A stretch of 64,000 nucleotides of DNA, taken from NCBI GenBank assembly GCA_965644295.1, contig CBFFRP010000655.1, positions 1 to 64,000 of the forward strand. Direction: 5' to 3'. The position numbers and the translations under genes were made by a program. Source of the stretch: Paraphysomonas bandaiensis (taxonomy: Eukaryota; Protista; Chrysophyceae). This document shows positions 40,779 to 53,633 of the stretch, piece by piece. How positions within the stretch are numbered: position 1 is the first letter of the stretch; every line of letters starts with the position of its first letter. The notes beneath the pieces are model-generated. The model saw nothing but the letters and a program-made list of their open reading frames with translations. It was not told where the DNA came from and searched no databases.

Positions 40779-41341
40779 AAGTACAGGAGTCGATGATACG
40801 TACTTGTGTATATGGTATGGTAGTATACATACAGAGATGGAAGCAGGGAATGGAATACTCATCTCTGTCTAATGTCTAGATGTACTGTACGTATGATATG
40901 GTATGATTGTTCCAGATCCCTAACTGCTGCTCCTGCTTACTATCTACCACCCCAACAGAATACATCTGTATATACTGCTGTATATCTCACAAAAAACCGT
41001 TGTCATAATTCAAATCTACAGAACAAAAACAGGCATATAACACATACACACATCTACGTCCAGAGTCCACCTATACATACATACACTCTCTATACCATAC
41101 ATACATACATGTATAGTACATACATATACAGTAGCACTCGTAACAGTGAGAAAAAAAACAGGCTCTCATGACTATAGAAATCAGCACCTAAACTAACAGT
41201 TTAAAATTTCCTCATAAGATGCTTGCTTGGCAATATACATGCCAGCATATTGAGTATATCATATGTGGATAATCTCCTATGTATAAAGGAGTTCTATTCT
41301 CTTCTTTCATTTGACTGTATTGTTAATTATTTGCTTGGATT

Positions 41342-44282
41342 ATGGCCGCTAAAATTAAAGATGGTCTCTTTATCGGAGATGCAGAGACTAGTCAAGACCC
41401 AGAGTTTCTTGAACTTAATAAAATTAATAGTTTAATAAATTTTGCTGGACGTGAAGTACCAAATGTGTGGGCTGCACACGGTACGCTTTATTCATTGTAT
41501 ACTATGACGAGATAATATATGCTGTAGGGTTAGTTTACAATACTTATAACTGGGAAGATAGGGAAGACTTCAAAGTGTTTGATCCTAAGAATGAAATTCT
41601 GTCCGAGATTGTATTATTTGTTGATAAGTCATTGAGGTGTGTACGTCAGTGATGGTGTAATCTTGATTGATTTTGACGGTGGCAGACATGGGGGCAGCGT
41701 ATTGATGTTTAGTTTGAATGGAACAGGAAGATGCACAGTAGCAGCATGTGCCTATCTAATGCAAAAATATGGGTATGTTGCTGTACTAACAATACTCTTC
41801 TTTTGTTTGCATAATACGATATTATATTAGTTGGGGGTTTGAGAAGTCCTACGACTTCGTCTACTCCAAGAAGCCAGATATAGAGCTCAATAGGTGTGTT
41901 GAAGCAATATAGGCAATTTGTTTTTACTATCTTAATGTGTAATCTTATATACAGGGGATTTGTGGAGCAACTGTTTATATTGGACAAGAAACTCAGGGCG
42001 AAAAGATACCAGGTATGTTTTATTAGATTTCTTACAATTACAGGCACACTCTGTGACGGAATGATGCAGGGCAAAGAGCTAACTGAGTATGACCACATGC
42101 GAATCAGTGGCTGGGATCCAGCTTATTTACTACACGCTCAACACAACTCACAATCACCTGAACACAATAAGAGACTCACAGCTGCATCCGCACATCGTAA
42201 GCTTCCGTTGCTTGAATTATCCAATCTATTCTGTGTGACGAGTTACGTTTCAGTGATTCCGGAGAGCTCGGTCTCTGATGAACTGCTCATGATTAACAGC
42301 TATATTAATAGCAAACTTACGGTGTGTCAAATGTGTGTGACTACGTATTTTCTCACATGCACTACTATACGTAGATATCATCGCTTCCCGGACCTTACCA
42401 CGATGCCATGAAGACACACAAGAACTTCACGCTGCAGATAAATCTTGCAAACAACCAAGAGGTAATATTGTCACTGTACATTCGTTGTGTAGTGCATATG
42501 TTGCGGCAGCAGGGAAGTTGATAATCTGGGGTATATCTTATTGTATTTTTAGGCTGGTGTGCATCTTCAGAGGCGCGCCCCGCCACCCTCCAACTATCGC
42601 CCCCCGAAAGGTGGCATCCTCAAGGGTGGGGCTAGTAATGGTCGAGCTGCGGCCAAGCGTCACACTAACAAAGTGGATGCGAAGGCTGCACATAGAGGTT
42701 CGACAGGAAGCAGAAGGAGCACCATGCGGGACTTGGAAGAGAGTGATGACGACATCGCTGATTTCGCATCTGGAGCGAAGAGAGAGGCCTCGCCGCCGTT
42801 ACTTCCCTCTGAACAAGCATCTGTAGTATCCGATGGCAGAGGACGATATGATGCATATGATAGCAAGCTTGAACCTTTTCCACAAGGGTCAGTGGCCTCC
42901 ACTGGAAGTGACCTGTACGACTTTGTCGGCCTCAATAACACTTCAGCCGCAAGTGTGAGGGGTAGTCATGAGGGCCTCGGTTCGATGGTCTCATCGTTGG
43001 ACATGACTTCAGCACACGGGTCCACTGCGGAGAGTAAAACTAAAGAGAGGGTAGACAGTGGAAAGACTCCTGAAGAGAGACTACATAGTTTGTTAGGGAG
43101 TCTCCAGAGGGGAAAGGTGGAGACCACCATATGCTGCATCATTTCATCCGCTTTTTTGTTTGTCTGCACTGCTTGCTTTTATTTGCCTACTCCTCCGCTT
43201 GGGTGACTTTGATGTGTGTTTCTCTGAAGCCTTGTCATATGAGTTTTTGTTACTTGTGTAATACGTACGTCATGTAGACTCGGACAGCTTCCTCTGAAGT
43301 TGCGCCCGCTGCCGAAGAGAAAGGGTGAGTGTATTTAATCGCGGGGATGTATATCTAACATGTTGTTCTATTTATTTGTCCTTGTAGGAGCAGTAGAGAG
43401 TATGCTAGGGGGGACTTGTGGGCCAAAGCTACAGCCAGGCAGCAGCAACAGCAGCAGCATATAGACCCTTCGATTCATGATGTGGCGTCTATGCCTGTGA
43501 CACCTGCGTATAGGGCACCAGCTGGGCGTACACGAGAGCGAGAAGCTAAAGAAGTCCGCGGATCGGGCAGAACAGCAGGGATGGGTATGCCTGTAAGAGC
43601 AGGAGGGGCTGTGACATCATCATCTGCCGGTGCCTCTGGTGGGTGGATGCAAGAGGATGGCAACCAGCAGCACGCCTCTCAATACTATAACCACAGTGGG
43701 GGAAGAGTCAGGAGTAGTAGAGGGCCCAGTAGCTCCGGTAGCAGCAGACACCAGCCTGCTGGTAGTGGTGGTGCAGGAACATCACGCAAACCACCCCAAC
43801 AGTACAGACATGGTAGTCCGGCACCACAGGTATCTCGAACAGGCTTAACCTCACGAGCGGCAGGGATGAGAGGAGGTTCCAATGGTGACATACACAGTGC
43901 AACAAGCAGTATAGGTGAGTTCTTGTGCATTCAATGGTGTATTTGTTATTACCGATATATCTGTTTTGAGTGTTGATATGTAGCTGAAAGCGCTAGTGGA
44001 GATGATATGGTGGCAGAAGCAGTCAGGAAGCAACGACAGAGTGTTCCGGGAAGAACTTACAACAGCTCAGGTTCAGGCAGGTCGTCAACTCCACCAAGGC
44101 AGAGGTCGGGAAGTGCGCAAGTATCATCATCTCTGTTACAGAGTACTGCATCCTCTAGCAGGCGTGCTATGACCCCTAACAGAGATAAGAGGTCTAGTAC
44201 ACCCGTTCGGGAGAGGAGAGAGACTCCTACCCGTGACAGACGCTCCACCCCTCAACGAGAACCTAGGGGATGGAGATACTGA
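41342..44282 (+). CDS. Dual-specificity phosphatase-domain protein (likely catalytically dead) with long disordered tail
   Basis: Spliced MAAKIKDGLFIGD..GGSVLMFSLNGTGRCTVAACAYLMQKYGWGFEKSYDFV..KKPDIELNRGFVEQL; Ser/Arg/Gly-rich C-terminus ending PRGWRY*. Confidence 0.85.
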
Positions 44283-44654
44283 TAACATAGCCAACCAGCC
44301 TCTTTACACGCTTATAAGATATTAATGGTAGCACAGTATATACCCCATACCATGTAAGACCAACTTCTAGATGGATGACGTCATGCATGTATGAAGCAAG
44401 ATGAATCAAGATTTCGATTGCAGCGTGTGTATTGTATTATTGCAGCCAATGTCGTCCCCTATGCAGGCTACTACGTAGCTGCAATCAGCAGTGGGAGAAT
44501 GATTGAGTAGTATGCAGGCATCTTATGTATTAAAACACTATTAATTGTGTGGGTGTGCAGTAGTAAATCTAATATAAGAATAATACTATGCTCTATCATA
44601 GTGGAATGTGAGAGGATATGTGCAACGTAAGTAGAAACGATTTCATTTAGTTAC

Positions 44655-44712
44655 TCTCCTCAGCGAAGTCGGACTTCTTTTACAGATTCAGGTAATGTTC
44701 TGGGGGGGATAA
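44655..44712 (+). repeat. Short remnant of the segment B terminus
   Basis: ctcctcagcgaagtcggact...gttctgggggggataag resembles 25832-25870 and the reverse of 14160-14206. Confidence 0.5.
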
Positions 44713-45568
44713 GCGATAAGGCTAGGTTTGTCAACCAAATTGACTAGGTTTAATTATATTTCCCGATGAATATTCTTTGTTACTCAAAACATACGCGAAT
44801 AACTTAATGCCACAGTGAAGTACATATGAAGCATAAATGCTAAATCATAACATTGTAAAATGTAATTCGTCGCTGTTTAACCTTAGCAGTGGTAAAACAA
44901 ATTTATAACTTTCAATCTTCATTCATTTAAAATTGATCTTTTATAATATTACAATTAACCAATTATATTTTCATCTGAATGACACTATTGTAAAAACTTT
45001 GATTTTTTAAATAGATATATATCAATCATCGATATCTCGTTTGGCAGTTATTAAATTTCGCCAAGTAAAACGTCCATACTCCTTACTGACTAACTTTAAG
45101 TCGTGTGAAGCCTGATGCCGCGGCAAATGAAAGGTCAGTCACGGCACGAATAAGCTTGCACTTCATAATAAATTGACGCTGTATAGATTTAAATACGGAA
45201 ATATTTCTTTGAAAATACAATTAATTTTCCATATGTTTCTGTTGTAGAGTACACAGTAGTAGGATTCTTATTTCTTATTTGAGACAGATGGAATAGCGGC
45301 ATTATACATTATGCTGCTAGGAACTATCACTTGTCGATTTGTCAGTTCATATACTATCAATACCAAAGAAATCTTTATTCTCAATTCTCTTAATACTTAT
45401 TACGCACCTCGCTATATCATAACCAAGCCTCATGAAATACTTTCCCTGCACAATTGCAAACTAGACCACGGCATCTAGCTAGTAAAGTAGATTCAGATCA
45501 CATCGCACTGCGTCGCACAACTGAACTTGCAAGTGGTAACTACACTACAGGGACAGCTACAAGTGGAT

Positions 45569-47627
45569 CTACTCCGCCTTGGATGACACGCGGATTGATC
45601 TGTCCATGGAGCAACTGACAAGTGAGGATGCTCTGTGAGTCCAGCCGAGCCCGGTCACAGCCTTCTTATGGATCTCCAGCCTCTGCGGTACCAGACATAC
45701 GCATAAGTCAAGAAGAGGAAATATATGGCTCTTACATTCATCTCGGACCACTCCTTCACCACAGAGACGGAGATAGCACCAGCAGCAGATCCGCATGCAA
45801 GGTACACACCTGCACCCACAAAAACGTTAACAGAGCCAAGCACAGATGGTAGCATGTGGCGTACCAGAGTAGTCAAAAGCCACGGACGTCACGGCTTTAG
45901 GACTGAGGGCTGCAAGGAAACAAAGTGATTAACAATAAATCAACGCAGCAAAACTATATACTCTTATATCGCATCTAATTACGAATATACTACTATGTCC
46001 TATACTAAAAAAAACACCACGGCACAGTCTATTCCACCGTCAAAAAGCAGATGTGTAACTCACCCTCTATTTTTTGCAAGGACTTCTGCTTTCTGAGGTC
46101 CCATATGTGGGCGCAACCATCTTCACCGCCTGTAGCCAGCATGTATCCATTCTCGTTAAACGACATGCTCAGCACACCTCCTGTGTGTTCAGAGCAGTTA
46201 GCGACATTAGCTTGCTCCCGAATGTCCCAGATGCGGACCGACCCATCAGAACCTCCTGTTGCAAGAATAAGGCCATCTGGGTGAAAGCAGCCACTTTGAA
46301 TTGGGGAGAGGTCCTCCCCACCCTGTCCCTGTGCCTTATTCTGTTGCACCAATGATACACCTCTGTTTACATCCAGAAAGCACCAGGAGCTGTCCGAGGA
46401 CACAGAGACCAGATAATCACCTAGTGCAACAAAACGTAGCATGTTAATACCAAGTCGTAGCAGTGGACTTTCTAAATAATAGAGAGAAAGTGATTTATAC
46501 CTGTGGGGTGCACTGTGAGGCCAGTCACGTCAGCACTGTGTGTAGAGAACGAAGTAGCTTCAGAGTAGGAAAAGGAATCTGTACTTGTGGACGGTTTCCA
46601 CACCTTGACTGTGTTGTCCGCTCCACCAGTGAATGCCAATGGGCGTGTTGTCTCTGCATTTTCATGAAGAGCAACGGCAGTAACTTTCTTGGAGTGTCCC
46701 TTTAAAGTACAAAGGACCTCTCCGGAGGGTATACTAGTCAATATGGCATGCTTGTCCGCACCCCCAGTGAGGGCCAGAGAGGATGCTTCCGAGGACAACA
46801 GAGCAAGACAAGTGACCCCTGGTTTCGAGGACTGATGCGGAGTGAATGATGCCACCTGAGAATAACCCGCAACATCCTCTTTCGAGCTGAGGTCTGCCGG
46901 GGGCTTCCTTCCTTTCCTTCCCTTGGTGAGTTCTCCATATTTCTCTGTAATTTTCTCCAGCACACCCTCGCCCAGACCTGTTTCCGTGGCTCCACCAGAT
47001 ACCTCCATAGCCTCAGTATCTGGGGCGGACATGGCCCCATCTGTAGGGACGGTAACCCCCTGACTCTGTAGCATAGAGAGCATAGCCCGGGCCTCGTCGC
47101 GCTCTCGCATAAGTCGCGCGATAACACGGCACGCAGCGTCATGCTGGTAAAGCGCCTGAGAAAGCTCCTGTCTGGTGCTATCCAGATGCTGCTTCAGTGT
47201 AAAGGTCTCCAGCATAAGCTCATCCCATTCATTCTGTATTAAATAATTACAGTTGATACAAGAAAATTAAAGTTTGTATTTACCTGAAAGAGAGTAAGCA
47301 TTCCGGGAATGCTTGTCGCATTGAGAGGTCTGGGTTTCACAGCTTTGTTGGCTATATTACCATATAAATAATTGATTCAAATGAATCATATTTTTTGTTA
47401 CCTTGAACTGAAACGAAATCCTCTTCACTTGTAGTCTCTCCGGTCATGGGGCACGTGCCGCTCTCCTTTATATGCTTCAGAACTAATTGTTTTTCATATA
47501 AATGACCGGTGCGTCTTGATACCACTGGTTCCTGAGGAACCTCTCCTGAAACTAATAGAGTGTGTTAGTTTATATGATATATACAGGGATATATATATAT
47601 ATGCATGTACATACTTGCACAATACAT
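45569..47627 (-). CDS. PRP19: Pre-mRNA processing factor 19 (U-box, coiled coil, WD40)
   Basis: MYCAISGEVPQEPVVS..GHLYEK; TSIPGML..QNEWDELMLETFTLKQHL..RQELSQALYQHDAACRVIARL; FHPDGLILATG; FNENGYMLAT. Confidence 0.97.
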
Positions 47628-49200
47628 AATACTTGACTGGATAATAAGCTGCCGTGCAAACAAGTAAAGAAAGCGCTTTGATTATAAGTTATCTAACACT
47701 GATTATTCAGTGCAATAACAAATTTCAAATAAGGCGCTGTGAGAATGCAAATGAATGTTTGTTGCACAGCAATTGAGATGGAGGACCGCACTGGTTCTAT
47801 ATAATAATGTGCAGGTATACATACATACATACATACATACATACAATCATACGTATAAGGGCTAGTGTATAAAATTATTGGACGATCCACACTGCTGCAC
47901 AAGTGTGTGGTTTAAGTACAAAGTCATGAGGCTTTTTTTTTAATTGAGTAGTTTAGTTTCTCTGGCTTTTATGTAGAAAACTACCTTTCCCAGTTCTATT
48001 TTCCCATTTTTCAGTGAAAACTGGGATTTAGTTTATCATAATCCTGGTTTCCGTATCCATATAATACATTCTTATAAAAATATACGATGATAGAGTGTTC
48101 CACTCAAGTGGTATCTATATATGAAGATATCAGTATCCTTACATCACTCCTAGTAGAGTGGTTGTGTTGATTAAACTAAGCAATGCATACATCTTTATAA
48201 TTATCCCAACGTGTTTCTTGTGAATAGCGCCAAGCAAACTCTATCTACATCTATCCAATACATATATACATGCGTCATATATGATTATGACAAGCACCAC
48301 ATAATCTTTATGGGGAGGGGACGATAGAGCTGATCTCACAGGACCCAGAATAAGGTAGATATTCACTATCGGAATGTAGCAGTAATGATGGAAATCATCT
48401 TCTGAGCTCCTTCAATCGAGTGCCTTCCGAACGAAGTCTAGTCTTCACAAATTGAAATTTTATGTGGGTTCCGTCTGGTCGCACAGTAGGCATTTCTTTA
48501 ACTCAGACCTCAGCATCGGAGAGAGAGCCGCGATTAGACAACCCTTATTCATTGTTGATACGTTTGTCCAGTCAGGGTTAGCAGTAGTATTGGTCTGTTC
48601 TCCAAAGTACCTTGGTTGCTGCATCACCCACACCAGTGACAGTTTTGTGCGAAATGTGTATGAATATGACCCTACAGTATGCGTGTATGCGTAACTCTGA
48701 GTTTATAAACCGTCGAAGTTTCTGGCTTTTACTTATGATTAATTCAAGCCATTCTTATTTTTTCTTTCTCTTCTTTATTAGATTTTTTGGGCGCTAAGAA
48801 TTACGTAGAAACAATAGGCTGTTGAAGGCAACATATTCATGCCGCTTACAGTGAACTACTTAAAGTGGTTCTCGCGGGAATATCTAAATTGTAGAAGAAA
48901 TATATCAACTTGACAGTATTAAAATATATAAGGAATAAGGACTACTTTAGTCTGAGCTCTACTACTTGTTTTCCTGAATATCTTTTCTTTAGTGAAAAGC
49001 CACACTAATCGCCACGTGTGTGTCGAACTTCCTACATGCAGCAGCAAGGGTATAAAATTGTGTAGCACATTAATCTAATACTACTCGTGCCGACTAACTT
49101 TGCTTGAAAATGTTGTTTAAGACACTAAATAAATTTAAGTAAATTGGCTATTTATTAGTCGTTGGATAGACCGCCGAGAAATAGGGGAAGTTGTGTACAT

Positions 49201-50107
49201 TTAAAACACACGGAAGATCTTCTTGACGTTCTGAGACTGTTAAATATGAAAGTCAGTACAAGTGGGTATACGAATTGCTGAGAGTAGCGTACCTTGTTGA
49301 GGGTGGGTTGGTGCTCAAGGACGTTGAACTTGACGGTTTTAGCGAGGGGTCTGCACTGGCCAACAGTAACCACATCACCCTCAGTGACATTGGTAAAGCA
49401 AGGAGAGCAGTGGACAGACATATTGGAGTGCCTCTTCTCGAATCTGGAGTGAAAGCAGTTGTCAGATGTAAAGATCAATAAAATAAGGAAATGCATTCGA
49501 GAATATGTACAACAGTAGCACTATGAGGCTGCATATAGCACCATATAAACGAGGTAGTACGAATAGTACTCTCATACAACAGAAGCCACTAAAACTATTG
49601 AGCCATACAGAATGTATGCACTCCATCGTAATAAGTGCCATGCAATGTAGTCAAATATACGGGACACATGCAGATGTGGTTACCTTCTGTATTTCTTAAC
49701 GTATTGAAGGTAATCGCGACGAATGACAATTGTTCTCTTCATCTTGTTGGAGATAACAATACCCTTGAGGATACGGCCACGGATAGAGACGTTGCCGGTG
49801 AAGGGGCACTTCTTGTCAACGTAGGTGCCCTCAATGGCAGACTTAGGGGTCTTGAACCCAAGTCCGATAGACTTGTAGTATCTCATACCCTAAAATTTTA
49901 AAAGGATTAATAAATTATGTAACGATATATAAGATAGATGAGATACCTTGCGAGTCTTCTTGCCCAGAGCGCGCTTTCTGCCAATGAAAATGGCATCCTG
50001 CTTCTGGTACGCCTTCTCGGTCTACATCAACAATACAAAAGAATGACTCCATGACAGAATATAACACGACTTCACTCAATTACCTGATCGGTCTCACGGA
50101 ACTCCAT
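49201..50107 (-). CDS. RPS11: 40S ribosomal protein S11 (uS17), 5 exons
   Basis: QTEKAYQKQ; [32 protein letters not shown]; [17 protein letters not shown]; [15 protein letters not shown]. Confidence 0.98.
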
Positions 50108-50457
50108 AATTCAGCCAATTTAATGTCTACTCAATGTATGTATATATATTCCTTGTCGCTCACTATGCAGTCCTCGTTTTTGCCAGCCAAGTAAACCCCA
50201 TATCTTCAATCGACGTTTTCAGTTTTGAATTGATGGAACCTCTATTCCATTCGATGTTTTGTTTTTGGTGAGCATATCACTCCTGCATTGCATACATATG
50301 TACTGTATGTATATCGTGAAATACCTATATGACAACCTCCCATAACATACCACTGCACACCATTGATCAGGTTTACCAGTGCAGTAACTATTATTTGCTG
50401 CTTATTGCCTCTCAAAACAATTTTTAATTTATTCTTACTTACTTCTGAGGCCGTAAA

Positions 50458-51096
50458 ATGAACAGCAATACAGTTGGTGGTTTGTCTCCAGAGACATCTA
50501 AACTCTTTCGAGTTAGAAAAACTTGCCTGAAAATGTTATCCAAACGTGGATATATTGTGCCTGATGAGTATCTAAATATGACGACCGAGGAGTTTAGACT
50601 GCAGTTTGGTGATGAACCATCTCGAGAGAACCTCACAATATTCGTTGAAAAAGCTGATGATGCAACTGATCAGATATTTGTTTTCTTTCCAGTCGACGAG
50701 AAGGTTGGAGTAAATCCAATTAAGGCTTACTGCTTGCGAATGAAGGAACAAGGAGTAAAACGTGCCATTATTGTTGTCAAGAATAATTTGACGCCATGCG
50801 CGAAGCAAGCACTGAAGGAATTGGGGGTGCGAGGTTATCGTATGGAATATTTTAGAGATGCCGAGATGCTTGTCGACATTACTGAGCACAAATTAGTTCC
50901 TGAGCATGTAGTGCTTACTACACAGGAGAAAAATGAACTTCTGATTCGTTATAAGTTGAAGCCATCCCAATTACCTCGTATCCAGCTACAGGATCCCATG
51001 TCCCGCTATTTGGGACTGAACCATGGACAAGTAGTGAAAATTGTTCGTCCAAGTGAAACTGCAGGAAGATACATCACATACCGTATATGCACGTAG
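50458..51096 (+). CDS. RPB5: RNA polymerases I/II/III shared subunit RPB5, intronless
   Basis: RVRKTCLKML..RGY; DITEHKLVPEH; QLPRIQLQDP..RYLGL..GQVVKIVRPSETAGRYITYR. Confidence 0.98.
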   Translation: MNSNTVGGLSPETSKLFRVRKTCLKMLSKRGYIVPDEYLNMTTEEFRLQFGDEPSRENLTIFVEKADDATDQIFVFFPVDEKVGVNPIKAYCLRMKEQGVKRAIIVVKNNLTPCAKQALKELGVRGYRMEYFRDAEMLVDITEHKLVPEHVVLTTQEKNELLIRYKLKPSQLPRIQLQDPMSRYLGLNHGQVVKIVRPSETAGRYITYRICT

Positions 51097-52562
51097 AGTC
51101 GTAGATTTCTCTCCACAGTTTTTGTATAACCTAAGTAGTTAATCGTTATATGTTTACGCACTTGCCAACAACGCCTACAACTTTTTTGCTGTTCTTATCG
51201 CTCTGTGATGTATTGCTCCATATAGACAAAGCATCTGAATTATCTCGCAATACCAATTTTAGTGCAACTCCCCCGTCACAAATTAACTACAAAGTCAACA
51301 ATTGCAAGGCAGGCTTGGCTGCTTCATAGCATTCACTATTCACCTCGCCAAAGTCTAATATTCTACTCACGAATCAATTATTGATTTTGAAAAAACGTAT
51401 ATATATATTCAATATAGTATCATATGTATCACATCAGCTTCGCAATCAAATGAGAATTGGGTAGTCTTTTGTGACTGAATCGAATGAAGTTCTAAAGGAG
51501 ACCATCACTGGCATCAGAAATCCGGCACTGCTATGCCACAAACTGAGTACATACATTTCAGGTAGCATAATTGAATAGTACTTTAAGTTGTACGTACTGA
51601 GATAGTCTGAATGGTATGTATGATGCAGTAGAGTGTATCAACATTTGATTCGCACCTTCGCACCGAATGTGAACTTGTGTACCATTGTACTTATTCAACA
51701 TTATTATTCTTGCAACACTACGCCTACGACACACACACATGCCTGTAGTTAAGTATACAAATAGAATAGCATATTTAAAAATGAACCAGATTCTTCAATG
51801 CTAATATATAAATTCTATTTGTCAAACGTATCTCGATGGAAACAGATTACTCACACCTAAAAATAGCCCAAGAAAGCTGAATTCTACGCAACCTATTTCT
51901 TTGGCTGTAAGCAGAGTTATTAAGTAGAAATCGTCATTGTTTATGATTGCAAAAACAAGTAGTTATTTTAAAATCTTAAATAATATTGTCTAGCTATAGT
52001 TCACACAAACAATATAGAATACTTCCGTGGGATTCATCCTCCTCGTAGCACGTACTGATCTACCTGTACTTACATTACATCTCTATTGGTTCTGCTTACA
52101 CTAACCCATGTGCATTGTATGTCATATACACCATCTACGAGTATATTAAGGACATACGAGCAACTAGACCCTTGTACAGCCGATAGTTTGCTTAGTATGT
52201 ACAGGGAAACACAGAGATTGTATACTGCAAGCCTAAGGCACACCGCAAAACACTCCTTCTTAAATATCTAGCCCTATCATTGCTTCTAGGAGATATAGTA
52301 TCCATGTTAATAGCCACTGTCATAGATACACTGTATACTGAACTAGATACTGCTGCCGATGCTGCTTGAAATCCTTCCTTTTTATGTAGAAATGTTGGGA
52401 TTTATTGAATGAAAAAGTATAAAAGTGTATTATTATGATAGAAACCCCAGAAAAACTTGTTATTATACACAGCAGCCGTAAGATGTCTAGACGTATGTGA
52501 AGGCCTGTACATTACCTCTGCACTGTGAACATACCCACTCCAGTGCAGTACATTAACTGATT

Positions 52563-53036
52563 ATGCCCTTCATGAACTGTCTCTATAGAATTTTCAATAA
52601 TGCCAATCGTCTAACTTGTATTTCTCTATCATCCCGACTATTAAGTAGCTCCAATAAATCGACTTTACTTATAGCAGAGTCTGTTGGATTGTGTAACGCT
52701 AATCGTCATATATTTTTATGCTGTGATCAAACAAAACCAAAATGTTGTTCAATTGAAGATGGAATGGAATCATGGAATTTTTTGAAACGACGATTAAAAG
52801 AGTTAAATTTATTAGGTCGGAAAGCGACTGTTGTTCGTACAAAAGTGAATTGCTTACAAGTATGCAAGAAAGGCCCAATAGCAGTTGTGTATCCTGAAGG
52901 AGTGTGGTATCATTCGTGTACCCCAGATGTCTTGGAAAATATTATTCAAAAGCATTTAATAGGAGGTGAAGTTGTGTCAGAGAATGTAATATTTGAAAGG
53001 AAGTTTTCAAGTGACTCACAGTTTGAACCGAGCTAA
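52563..53036 (+). CDS. Thioredoxin-like [2Fe-2S] ferredoxin, bacterial type, with N-terminal extension; intronless
   Basis: [49 protein letters not shown]. Confidence 0.9.
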   Translation: MPFMNCLYRIFNNANRLTCISLSSRLLSSSNKSTLLIAESVGLCNANRHIFLCCDQTKPKCCSIEDGMESWNFLKRRLKELNLLGRKATVVRTKVNCLQVCKKGPIAVVYPEGVWYHSCTPDVLENIIQKHLIGGEVVSENVIFERKFSSDSQFEPS

Positions 53037-53633
53037 GCATGTAGTTTTGTATTCTACTATTTATATTCTCGATAATACTATTAACGGTATATATAAATAA
53101 TATCATAGCAGCATACGCCTTACTTATAGACTATTTGACTGCATCACAAGATACTTGCATATAGTCCCTAATTTCTGTGGATACTATTGGTGATAATGTT
53201 TAGTAAGTTTCAAGAATAGATTGCAGATATGCAAATGATAAATGTAATATTAGCTTCTACAAAAGTTCACAGCAAGTTGTTTACTTTAATAAGCTATGCA
53301 ACGTGCAACGCTTTTCATTTAATATTCAAAATATGTCAAATCGTTTGAGTTGAAGATAGAAGATAGCAAGCATATCGTAAATGGAGAACTATTATGTGAT
53401 ATGTAAAGCTTCAGGCAAATAATAGATACTAGCTACGCTACCTACGAACTAACCTAGCTACACCCATTAATCTACAAAGCACAGTCATCTGAGCAAGCCA
53501 ACACACACAAATCACTTCTTACGCAATTCAGTACGCAACAGGATAGATATCGTACATCAGACATTATCGCGTCCGAAAAGAAAGACTCATAGTTTCGCAC
53601 ATAATGGAATTGCTGGCCAGAGTTCTTACATGA

